Shown: positions 1-11,374 of the stretch, in pieces
Layout of the letters: each line of letters begins with the position of its first letter
Position numbering within the stretch: position 1 is the first letter of the stretch
Source: Podarcis liolepis
Taxonomy: Eukaryota
Assembly: GCA_965112155.1 (NCBI GenBank)
Contig: OZ218103.1
DNA length: 64,000 bases
Strand: one strand, 5' to 3'
The notes under the pieces: generated by a model
What the model saw: the letters and a program-made list of their open reading frames with translations, nothing else
The model's database searches: none
What the model was told of the DNA's origin: nothing
Position numbers and translations under genes: made by a program

Positions 1-2285
1 TACATGAGTGGGCTTTCAAATCTTGATAGTCTTTCTTCACCACCACTTCATCCCTGAATTATGAATTCATCACTGACAGGCAGGCTTTGTGGGGCTGGCA
101 TAGAGGAGAGAGGAGGAGGAGGAAATAACAGGGCTTGCTTGGTTTCACATATTGATCTGAAAGGCTGAAACTGAAAAACTAATTCCTCCTGGATTCCTAT
201 CCACCCAGAGCAGAAGTGGTTTCATTGAGTTGAAGGCTTGGATTCTTATTGTATTACAAAAGATCAGAGCCTGACAGAGTATCATGAACGTTCCTTGCTT
301 CAGTATGTTAGGTTTAGATACCATCTGTTATTTTTTGGGATTTAGACTAGGCAACCCTAATTCCTAAATTCTGATTCTTTCCAGCAGAGGGCATGGGGCA
401 AACACACTATTTTAGCGGGTAGTGATCTTTAAAAGCCTGTCCAAAAACCAGGGCTTAATATGAGCTAATGTTCTCTAAAGGTGGGTCCCAGAATTTGTTT
501 TCCATCTGGAGCTCAGCCCTGGACATGTGCATTTGCATCCTGCTAAAAAAGAAGTAGCAGCTCCTGGCTTCTGCTTGCACTTATATTTCCAACAGTCCAA
601 CACAAATCATGTTTACTTGAAACACCCATCTCATTGATTTAAGTGGAATTGGCTTTGAATTAAATATGCTTAGAATTACTAGTCTTAAAGAGATACAGAA
701 CAGAAAATCCCTATATTACATATCACTTTCCAGCAGGTATTTTTATACTGTTAGATAACTTCCTTAGCTAGAAAATAAGTTAATCTACTTCAGTGTCTAC
801 ATTAAAACAGACTAATCAATGTGAAGTTAATGCCAGATACTGGATCCATATCACAACTAGACTGCTTTCATGTGTAGGTGTGCCAAGACCCAGTGGACAT
901 AACCACCTTGATGTAGCAGTGCAGCCACTACAAATTACCATCTCCGGCTTATTGGCCAATCTTGTGACTTCTTCAGCATGTGTTGACATGGTGACTCTGT
1001 GCACATCTTAAAGCATTTTATGTAATATACAGTCTGTGGTCTTTGCATGTGTCAGAGCATTCCCTACTTTAGGGAGAAAATTACAGCTCCTGGGGGCTTC
1101 ACCACCTTATCAATATGGTTGTGGGAATCAGCCTGTACCTGAATGCTTTCCAGTTCCTTATTTCTCTCCAGAAACAAACAGCGGAGCCAGGGGTTCAGGA
1201 GAAAGCTCTGCTTTGTTTACAGCTTCAGTCTGAAGTAGTTGCTTGGCTGTAGTAGTTGCTTTGCCTATAAAGGGAAGAAGAACTAGTCATAGTCTGCTGG
1301 TCAGTCTGGGGGACTATGTCAGGGAAATTGGGGTGATTTGGATTCAAAGTCTCCTCTGCTCCATCCCAGTATCAGGGCCAAACCCATGCTTTTTTTCATT
1401 TGGGTCAAGGCCTGGCAGGCCTCAGCTGTCCCCTTTTCAGCCCCTATCATCCTCAAACCATGCCACCACGATGAGGTTTCCAACCATTGACCTCCTCTTG
1501 TTTGTAATTATCTTTTGGTTTAAATGTTTAAAATAAAAACATAAAACAAGAATAGCAAAGTTAGCAAGATACAATATCAAAGTGCACACAGCAGTGTTGG
1601 CTACAGTGCCTCAAAATGTCACATTTCAAGTCAATAGGTAAATTACAATAAAATATAGTTATAAGCCAGAGTGGACTGAAATTACAGAGAATTATCTTTA
1701 AGCAGAGTCTAACCTTTGAATATAACTTATTCACAATGTTATCTGACCTGATGGATATGATATAAAGAGCTACTATATTACATCAGATTTATCTCTCTTA
1801 GCAATGCTGCTAATTACTCAGTTTTGATATACCAGTCATTCTGATAATGCCATATCCCCAAATTCTGTCTAGCTGACCTTTCGTGGTGAACCCTGTTGTC
1901 TTCCAATATTAACCTCCTTATCTGACTGTGGAAAGGGAGTTCCATGGTATCCTAAGACCCCTCAGCTGCCCTCACATACAGCAGAGAATTACTCCCTTCA
2001 TCTGTAATGGTACTATTTTACTGTAAGATGCATACCTAATTAAAAAGGAAAAACTCCTGCCTGTAAAAGCAACAACTTTGAACAACTTTGATTCTGGCAA
2101 GGGTGACTGAGGCAAAAAACATAGCTCTGCTCTGCAAGCGAAACCCAAGCTCCAGCAAGTTCCAAGAGAGGTCTTCAATGATCAAACTAAATCCACAAAT
2201 TTAATTGTATGCCTGAAAATAATACACCTGTGTTTAAATGCATGGAACATACACTCTATGTACAAAACCTTTTGATCCTTCCAGC

Positions 2286-2444
2286 CATAAGTGCTGGCTC
2301 CCTGGGGCCCTGGGTGCTCGAGCACCTACAAAATTCTCCATGAAAGGGTTGGGCACCCACAAATTTCGGCTCCAGGACCATGCACACTTCATGGCACCCA
2401 CAGATCTGAGCACCCATGGTCATGGAGCCAAGCTGGCACTCCTA
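2286..2444. mobile_element. Degenerate non-autonomous hAT-like DNA transposon
   Basis: Flanked by CTTCCAGC (2278-2285) and CTTCTAGC (2445-2452), a 7/8 candidate TSD; imperfect TIRs; internal GCACCCAC-type repeats. Confidence 0.45.
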
Positions 2445-2472
2445 CTTCTAGCTGATCACCCATTGTTTCTTA

Positions 2473-2847
2473 CTGTATTGACCCAAATATAAGCCACACC
2501 TAAATATAAGTTGCACCTTTAAAATTGGGGGGGGGGGAGAGAAAAGAAAAAATACCCAAATTTAAGCTGCTCCATTCCCCTCTGCTCTTGGCTGCATACT
2601 GAACAGGGGAGGGGGGAACCACACTGTGTTGCCTTTGGCTTTTACCCTTCCTCGCTCTCTCCCTTCTTGGCCTTGGGGAAGAGGACAGGAAACCAAGCAT
2701 GGGGTGGGCACCGCTTTGCCACGCTCCTGGCGCTGTTTGCCCTGCGCTCCTGGCTGCATACCGTAAGGTTGCGAATATAAGCCGCACTTTAACTTTTCAT
2801 GATCGGAATTTGGGGGGAAAGTGAGGCTTATATTCAGGCCAATACAG
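2473..2847. mobile_element. Tc1/mariner-superfamily MITE with TA target duplication
   Basis: TIRs CTGTATTGACCCAAATATAAGCCACAC ... GTGAGGCTTATATTCAGGCCAATACAG, TA on both sides, internal direct repeats of an AATATAAGCCGCAC-like unit. Confidence 0.85.
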
Positions 2848-5800
2848 TATTTAATGTTTTGGTTATTTGGAGTAGCATATCAGAAAAGCCAAATTAGGTC
2901 AGACCAATGGTCCATCTAGCTTGCAGTCCTTTCCTTAGCAGGAACCTTCCTAAAGAATCCTAAGCAGTGACCATATCCAGGTGCTTTAGGAAGTTCTAGC
3001 TCCTAAACGTAAGGATGCACTAAAAGCAACATGATAGATGCCTATAGAACATGATATAGCAATAAACTTGTTGGGTGTGTGTGTGTGGGTGGGTGGGTGG
3101 GTGTGGGTGTGGGTGTGTTTCTAGTGGTTCAAAAGAATGTATCTGCTAAGCCCATACCCTTGCAGTGAGTTATAAAAAGGGAAGGAATGACTACAGTCAT
3201 TACATTTCTGAGTACCAAGGCTTCCTCCTTAGGAATAAGAGAATCCAGGACTGTAATATTTAATTCTTTCCTATGATTTGTCATCACAGTAGTAGGGTAT
3301 TAAAGTACCTGATCTCAAGAGCACTTAAACATATGTTCAACTTTTCTCAAAAGGGATTATTAATTTGGATAAAGTTACACATGTGTTTTGAATACTTGAA
3401 GGATTTGAAGCTCTTGTAGTCTCCTTTGGATTTGGAAAACATGTTCATAAGAAAGACTGCACTTATAATTGTCCCTGACTAATGTGAAGTTGATATATCC
3501 AGTTCCTCCCTCCTCAACTCTTTCTAACAGACACACAAAATCTGCCCTTTCAAAAATCATTGAATGTAATTTTAAATGGGATTCCCCCCCCCCCAAATAA
3601 ATATCCTTCCAAAGTTGGAAGTACTACTGACAGCATACTTATGAATTTGGAAACACACAAGATCACTACCAAAAGCATATAGGAACCAATTTTTATTTTA
3701 ATATATTTATATGCTGCTGTTCTCGGCAAATGTTGCTTTTGTAATATTTTTAAATAAGTTTCTGAAGCTGAAAGCTATATCTTACATTTTGCTGACATGG
3801 AATAGTGATTGATGTGTCTTCATATTCATTAAAATGTTTTCTGTGGATGGGTTGTTTGCATATCCAGCTTCTGAAACATCAAAAGACTTCAGATTCAACT
3901 TGGCAAATTCACATATATGTTACAGATGTAATATGAGGACTTGGCAATGGAATCCAAACCCTTTTTTCAGCTGGACTGGGTGTGCGTGGGGGGAGTGTAT
4001 GGGCAGAGGTGCCCCTCCACCCAGCCCAGCCACCCTCAAAGTTCAAAAGTATACAAAATAAAATGAATATGTGCAATTATTATTACATGTTTGACATTTG
4101 AAAAGCTGAACAAAATTATTTGAACACAATTCTGAATTCCGTAAAAAAAAGGCATGTAATTTTAATTTTTTAAAATGTACCTAATGTTGTTGACCCCATT
4201 ATTTTAATGTTGAAAAAGTAATGAAATTACATTTATATCTAATTATTTTGTGGGACTACCAGTGGTCTCCCATTGGTCAATATCTGTTTTGCTTTATCAA
4301 TAGTTCTGTATCAGGTTCTTCCAGATAATCTACTGGACCCAATGTTGACATTATTATTATTATAATTATTATTATTACAGAAACCAACATGTATTCTTAT
4401 CAATTTACATTTTTAAGGTTCCTGCTGAAAATACTAAATGCATCTGACTTCCTATCCTCTAGCATGCACGTATCATACTTTGCCTCGTTGTTGACATTTT
4501 TCAGTGGTATGCTTCCCTGAGTAATGTTGCTGGGACTGCCATAATATGGCCATTTGGAATAGTGCAGCTGCTCTTGCTGTTAATAAGGAAGATGTAAAGT
4601 GCCTAGAGAGTTCGCCCCCCAGCCACAGCATCTCACTGATTTCAGAGGCTTGGAATGTTGCATCATTTTTATTTTGGAATATTGTATGTGTAAAAGGGGA
4701 AAGCTTATTGCTTGGCTCATTTTATTCCCATCATCCCAAAGTTTAATCGCATTCAGGGTGGCAGTGGGAAGGGTGATGATAAGCTAAGAGGTCTGACTCT
4801 GAGGTGACATAAAGTGTGTGGTTCATAGCAGCCCAGGAGATGTGCAAAAACAATGGAAAATGTGCTGACCGCAGCTTAATTGCAACAGCACACTAAAAAT
4901 TCTGCTTGGTTTCAGGCTTGTGGAACGCACAGTCACTATTGTGGATTTCAGCAGTTTTCGGAAAGAATGTGCTAGTCCAAAGACAACGTATTTGGATGAC
5001 TTTAATGGTGAGTGTCGTTTATTGGAGGGATCCTATGCAGCATGCTTAGAATTGGAGACTTTGCAAGGAGTGAGTAAGGTGGGTTGTCTCAATAGATCAG
5101 GTAAGTATGAAGAGGGGAGAAGGCAGGAAAGTTGGTAGTTCTAAATTAAATTAATTAGGTAAAGGGCTGCAGGACCAGGAAATGGAGCATGAGCAGATGG
5201 GCGGAATATGATGTAGTATCTGTGAGTTGCACATGTGAGGTGCTTTGATGAACAGACAAATTCAGCTAGCAGGAAGGAAAAGCAATACAGTATAGGAACA
5301 GGAAAGGACAGAAAAGAACCAATCACAGTAGGAGCAAAGCAAAGATACAGTAAAACTACTTGGGTCTGTGGAGGCCTATAATTTGCCAAAGACATGCAGC
5401 AGCTCATGGTTCTCTGAAGTCCACCAGTGGCTGATTAACCGGGGGGAAATGAGACGCAAACTTATAATTGTTGCACTTTTCTGTTCAGGGGACTAACTGC
5501 ATTTGGCTTTAGAATTTGTAAGTTTTGTTAAATACAGGCACTTTGAAAAGGTCTAATACAACTTTATTGTTGAAATAAGAATATAAATTGTAATTGTGAA
5601 CATTTCACATTTTTTAAAGAAATACATTTTCACTAAGTCAAAAAAGTATTCAGACTAATAAACGATTTGAGAAAATATCTATAAGATTATGCAGGTAACT
5701 AAAAACTATAGCAACAGCAAACAGTTATCAATAGTTGAGAAGGCATTGCCTTGTTTTGCTATTTAATTAATGGCTGATTGAATTCAAATATTAAGGGCAA

Positions 5801-6273
5801 CAAAATTGCTGGGTAAAGCAATCTAAAATCAGAAAGTCAACAAAAATATAATTAGATAAAGCAGCACTTAAAACAATCATTTTAAAACAGATAGAAAACT
5901 ACCCCTCCCCTCAAAAATCAGCAATAAGGAATTCCAGAAAAAAATGAAAAAAATCTTACAGCAAGCCAATCTAATTCAAACACATAATCCAGTGACACAA
6001 TGACATACCTATGTTATACCATATATATTGCAAATATATTGCAAAACACAATGACATCCCATTAAAAAAAGATTTACTGGGTTAAGTCACATACATAAAA
6101 TTAAAGTCATCTGTACAGCAAAAATGGAAGTTATGGGGGTTTTTTCTCAGATGGATTTGCAATAAAGATAGGTGCCCATCATGAAGTTACAGGACTTGGA
6201 CACTGAGCACCTGAGTTAGGGAGGTTTGTTGGTCACCAGTTCTCCCTGGTGTTATACAGTGTTATACTATGGA

Positions 6274-6500
6274 GGGAGCGGGTGGCGCTGTGGTCTAAAC
6301 CACTGAGCCTCTTGGGTTTGCTGATAGGAAGGTCGGTGGTTCAAATCCATGTGACAGGGTGAACTCCTGTTGCTCTGTCGCAGCTTCTGCCAACATGACA
6401 GTTCTAATGCACACTAGTTCAAGTAGAGAAATAGGTACCACTGCAATGGGAGGTAAATGGCATTTCCATGCACTCCGGCTTCTGTCAAGGTTGCTTGATG
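6274..6500 (+). mobile_element. Sauria SINE, 3'-truncated
   Basis: tRNA-like head GGGTGGCGCTGTGGTCTAAACCACTGAGCC, A box ~6283-6293, B box GGTTCAAATCC 6338-6348, core AAGTAGAGAAATAGGTACCACTGC. Confidence 0.85.
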
Positions 6501-7042
6501 TTTTCCTTGGGAGGGCTAGGCCCTAGTAGCCCTAGTGTAAGAGCCTCCACTGATAAGATCATTGCTAGGTGGACAGACACCAAGCTGCTTCTGAATTTCT
6601 TGCATAGAGCTGACTGCTTGGTAGAAAAAAAGAAATATGTCAGTGTTCTCCCTCATCTTTGTCAACTGCTCAATCATTAGCACTGAATGATCACAACTCT
6701 GCTCTGCTTCTTTGCTCTCCACGAGGACATGTTGATTTAGTCAGACTGTGTGGCATCTGTCAGTGTCTTGCATGGATTTTCTGGTGCTTAATGAATTTAT
6801 TTTGTAAAACAAACACCTTCTTGCAGTCCACACATCTAACACATTGGGGTTGGGGTTCAGGAACAAATTATATTTTTGTTTTTACTTCCTTTTTTTGAGA
6901 ATTGGCCAAATATTTTCTCACATTTGTTACGTGCAAAAGTTTTGTTTAAGAGTAGCATTGCTGTGAGGCTTGATTTCTTACCCACTGATTTCCCCCACAA
7001 ATCAGTCATTTATAAAGTCTTGCCTGCTAATAGATCTTAAGG

Positions 7043-7177
7043 CAGGCATCCCCAACCTGCGGCCCTCCAGATGTTTTGGCCTACAACTCCCATGATCCCT
7101 AGCTAACAGGACCAGTAGTCAGGATGAGGGGAATTGTAGGCTAAAACATCTGGAGGGCCGAAGGTTGGGAATGCCTG
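7043..7177. mobile_element. hAT (Charlie-like) MITE, near-fully palindromic, 135 bp
   Basis: CAGGCATCCCCAACC...GGTTGGGAATGCCTG TIRs; perfect 8-bp TSD TCTTAAGG (7035-7042 / 7178-7185). Confidence 0.92.
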
Positions 7178-7364
7178 TCTTAAGGTGTTTCACAAGAGTA
7201 ATTTTCACTTTAAGGTTTTCCCCACACCCAGTATACTTGCAGAATTTAATTCTTGCTGGCACTTTTGGATAGATAATTACAACCTTCCATATTTTGAGTT
7301 GTATTGTAGGACAATATTGCTGTCTTTCCTGATATTCAGGTTTTGCAGAAGCGTCTCTTCCCCC

Positions 7365-7643
7365 ATTGTTCAGCCCAGACCCTCAGAAGGTCTTCTACTG
7401 GTTCCTTCACTACGAGAAGTGAGGTTACAGGGAATCAGGCAGAGGGCCTTCTCGGTAATGGTGCCCTCTCTGTGGAACACCCTCCCTTCAGATGTCAAGA
7501 AAATAAACAACAATCTGACTTTTAGAAGACATCTGAAGGCAGCCCTGTATCGGGAAGTTTTTAATGTTTGATGTTTTAGTATGTTCTCAAATATGCTGTG
7601 AGCTGCCCAGAGTGGCTGGAGAAACCCAGCCAGATGGGCAGGG

Positions 7644-7689
<46 letters not shown>

Positions 7690-7745
7690 GCAATAATAAT
7701 AGCAATAGTAATAATAGCAATAATAATAATAGCAATAATAGTAAT
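7365..7745 (+). mobile_element. L2-clade LINE 3' end with (AAT)n/(AGCAAT) tail
   Basis: Encodes an ORF2 C-terminal motif RAFSVMVPSLWNTLPSDV...FRRHLKAALYREVF*, followed by a 3' UTR with GCCCAGAGTGGCTGG...CCAGCC and a microsatellite tail at 7645-7745. Confidence 0.85.
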
Positions 7746-9473
7746 TCCAACCAGGATTAAGCAGAGGATGTAATCCATCCCTGAGTTCCCACATTATGTT
7801 TCTCTACCCTCGCATCACTCATGTTACTTGCAACAGATGTAGGCAGTGTATACCAGAAGTTTAAAGTGGATCAAATGCTTCCCTGGTTTGCATGTTTGTT
7901 GCATCATCCACAATATCTTGTCCTCATCTTCAAAGTGCAGCACTGGACTTTTTGGAAGCCCTTTGGAAGCAACTTTGCACCTTGCTTAAAGAGGAGAAAG
8001 TACTTTCCATTTAATGGAAACTGTTTCTCCTGTCCTGCCCTGGTCCTTAAACTTCTGATTTCAGCAGTTTAGAGGATCAACACAAAACAGCTTCCAAAAG
8101 ATAATTTCTAAAAAGTGAGAACCCTGGCTTAAAATTTGCCTGGAGAAGTTCTCAAGAATCCTGAAGATTCTGTCAATGACCTGGAAGCACTGACATGGAC
8201 CATAATCACCTGTGTGTGAGCAGCTTATCAAACAGCACTAAGCCTGGTTTCCTATTGTTGGATACCCCAGCTCAGATGAACAGAAAACCCAAATCCTGTC
8301 CAGGGAGCAGCAAGGCAGAGCAGTTGACTGACTGCTGCATCCCATGTCTGCTGACTCAATAGATGAGTGTGCATTTCTTTCTGGAGTTTTTTTAATTTTA
8401 CTTCAGTTTCAGGCTGGTATAGTTGAAGAATTAGGGCTCTTTGGGGCCCCATGTGGCTGCTGGTGCCCCACATCAACCCCTGGGCAAAGCTCTCCGAACC
8501 AACAGTGCTCCTCTCTGGCAACAGAGGCCAGTGGAGCAGTAACAACACTCTGTCCTGCCTGCCCCACCTTTCACATTGTAAGGACATCTGATCCAGCATG
8601 GTGTTTTCACAGTGACCAACCAGATGCCTGTGGGAAAACCTCGAGCAGAGATTGGGCTCTGCTACAATTAATACATTTTACAACAAATTCTGAACACAGG
8701 CAGTGAAGGGAGGGTGCAGTTTGCCTCATGATGCAAGTTACAGGTCAGAGAAATCCTGTTGATGATGGAGGTAAGGAGCCCATGGTCCAGACATTATGGG
8801 ACTCTGGTTCCCACCCCCAACCAACATGACCAATGGCCAGGGATGAATGGAGGTGCAATCCAACAGGTTCACTATCCCTGGTACAGAAAATAGATATGGG
8901 GTTGAAAGGATTCCTTTGTATCTTAGCACAATACTTCATGTGAACATGACAGTAAAACACTGTGTTAAAGTCTTGCACCTGCCACCGATTTCTACATGCA
9001 ACAAAGGACATCACCAACCTAGCCAGCTTCTAAATCTGTTTTCCAATACGTCTTACTTTCCAGTGATGGTAAGGAACGCCATGGAATGTCGCCGAGGCAA
9101 TTAGATCAGTGCCTGACAAAGTTTGTTGTTCTAAGTAAGGCTGATGGTAGCTAGGTGGTGGTTCTGTGCACAAGGAAACGGTGATGAATTTGGATATGCT
9201 GTGAATCAGAAAGTCCGGAAGAAGGAGAGCTGGTAATGATGCAGTGAAACACAATAACAATTTTTAAGGGTCTGGAATTACTTTCATATGGGGAGAGACT
9301 AAAATGTATAGGGGGAAAGGGAATATGACACACAACAGTACTAGAACCAGAAGCACCAGTTAAAATCAATACACATAAAGTAAGTAACAAAACCAGTCTA
9401 TGTAAAGAAGCCTCATATATAGCTCTGTTGGTCTCTGGAACTAACTGGTTAAATAACAAACAAACCACTAGAG

Positions 9474-9887
9474 CAGAGGTTTTCAACCTTTTTGATTCCA
9501 CGGCTTCCTTAGCCAACTACATTCTTTCTGCAGCATCCCGGTGGGGCTCTGGAGCTACTTATGTCACCCCTTGCCTTCAGAGCTGGCAGCCCCTCACCCC
9601 TTTTCGAACACTCCCTTGTGGTGTTCCATCAGTCTCCTCTACTCTCCCCTCCCCAGGTTTCTGAGCTGCCCACCCCAAAGAGAGGTGCCTCCCGAGGCAC
9701 CATTTGCCTGTGGAGCTTGTAGCAAGGGCTGCTTCAATAAACAGCTGTGCAAGCCTTTGGGAGGCAGAGACGTGAAAGGGCATCAGTAGGGAAAGAAAGA
9801 GGGACAAATGCCAGCGTTGCTCACAGCACCCCTGACCATCATTCAAGGCACCCCAGTGTGCCACGGCACACTGGTTGAAAACCACTG
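9474..9887. mobile_element. hAT (Charlie-like) non-autonomous element, 414 bp
   Basis: TIRs CAGAGGTTTTCAACC / GGTTGAAAACCACTG; perfect 8-bp TSD CACTAGAG (9466-9473 / 9888-9895). Confidence 0.92.
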
Positions 9888-11099
9888 CACTAGAGTAACA
9901 AGGAAGTAAAGGACTATCTCCTAAGGTGGACAGGCCAAGAGTCCCATAGTCAGGCCGTATATCAAATGCGCCTAATCTCTTATGGTACTCAAGACCAAGT
10001 GCTGCCGCCTATATGACTCTCTTACTATTAAAACTCAAACTTGTCATGGTGTTGTTCACAAGTGACACTTGTGTCCCAAGCACTCATGCTAGAGAGTAAG
10101 TTCTATTGTACTCAGGGTGCTTCCAGGTATGGGGCTTCGTACTGTAAAAGGGTAGTTTTAGATATTGCAAATGGGTTGTTGGCAACAGTTTTTTTTAACT
10201 TTACTCTCCCCTCCCACCTGAACAGGTAAATCTGGATTAAATAAGGGTTAAATACACATTGGTGTTTTGAAGCTATGGATGCTGTGAAAACTCTGCATGC
10301 ATCCCACCATAAACACTGGCAGTACCCTCAGTGTATCTTACTTATGAGGACAACTTTTAGCCTGTAACACATTTTCACAATAGAGTTTGGAAAGGACCTA
10401 TGAACTTCACTTGGGATATGTGTGCAGTATGTAGGTGTTGTCAATTCAGCGCTGCAACCAGATGAGAAATCAAATGTTGTCCTGACCTGTAGCAGCCAAT
10501 GTAGGCTTGACTTCAGAGTTACAGACTAATTTAAGCAAGAGGTGATTTAAATGTAAAGGGGGTGGGGAATATCAAGGTACTAAAACAAACAAACGAGATC
10601 GTCACCTTTAGTGTTACATGTCTATGAACAGACAGATAAAAGCGGTACCATTAGCACTGCAGGCCAATTTAAGCCTTTGCAAAGGAGAATGTTGAATGCT
10701 GTTGATGTGGGAGAAAGCAGAAGAGCTGCTTTTAAATCGAAGAAATCACAGAAATGGAAAGGCAGATTTAAGCGTTACTGGTGAAAAGAACTCCATCCTA
10801 GATGGGATGTGCTCGCTCACCCCCAACCACCCTGAGTTTGAAACGCGAAAACAGCTCGACCCTAACCTCCCCGACCCCCTTCGCCAGCTCCCAGCCAAAG
10901 TTCATGCCTTGCTCGGTGTGGGGCAGGAGGGGGGGGGGTGACGGACGGGCTCATCCCTGAGCAGCTGTGCGTCCCAGCTGTGGACTCCATTTCCCAGGCT
11001 TCCTCCCTGCCCTAATGTATTCCGTTCTCAGGCCGGCTCTGTGCCTGTGTGTGAGTGAGAGAGTGTGTGTGTTTGAGAGCGAGAGCGAGCGTGAGTGTG

Positions 11100-11374
11100 T
11101 GTGAGTGAGAAGAGAGAGAGAGCAGCTAGGAGTCCCTGGGAGAGTGGAGGCTCATTCACTGATTAGAGGCAGCTTCGAGAGGCAGCGCTGCGCTCTCCTT
11201 GGCTCCCAGCAGCCGTGTCAGGCTCCTGCTCACTCCCATGCTGGCCGAAGGCGCTTGCACACACGCGCCGGGCTTAGCACGTCCGGCTCTCTTCCCCGCG
11301 CAGCAACAGCCCAGGCTCTCGCTCTCCGCAGCCTGACATTAAAGGGGGACGCCACCTCTCGAGGAATTTTCACG
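11100..11374 (+). other. RNF220: Probable non-coding first exon of RNF220 (start approximate)
   Basis: GC/CpG-rich segment following a (GT)/(GA) repeat at the 5' edge of the CpG island, ending in a strong donor CACG|GTGAGT (11375-11380). The TSS cannot be located exactly from sequence. Confidence 0.7.
11238..11336 (+). other. uORF1 in exon 1 (32 aa, MLAEGACTHAPGLARPALFPAQQQPRLSLSAA*), out of frame with RNF220
   Basis: ATG 11238 to TGA 11334-11336 read directly; depends on the exon 1 assignment. Confidence 0.5.

Noticed and set aside
6274-6350. tRNA gene candidates (also 35492-35570)
   Set aside because: A/B boxes are present but there is no cloverleaf, and the sequence continues into SINE bodies.
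7185-7794. Overlapping poly-L/I/Y ORFs and a 128-aa ORF
   Set aside because: Translations of an (AAT)n tail and an L2 ORF2 remnant, not genes.
1-10800. Exons of a neighbouring upstream gene
   Set aside because: No recognisable protein-coding exon or second CpG island; the region reads as TE-rich intergenic DNA.
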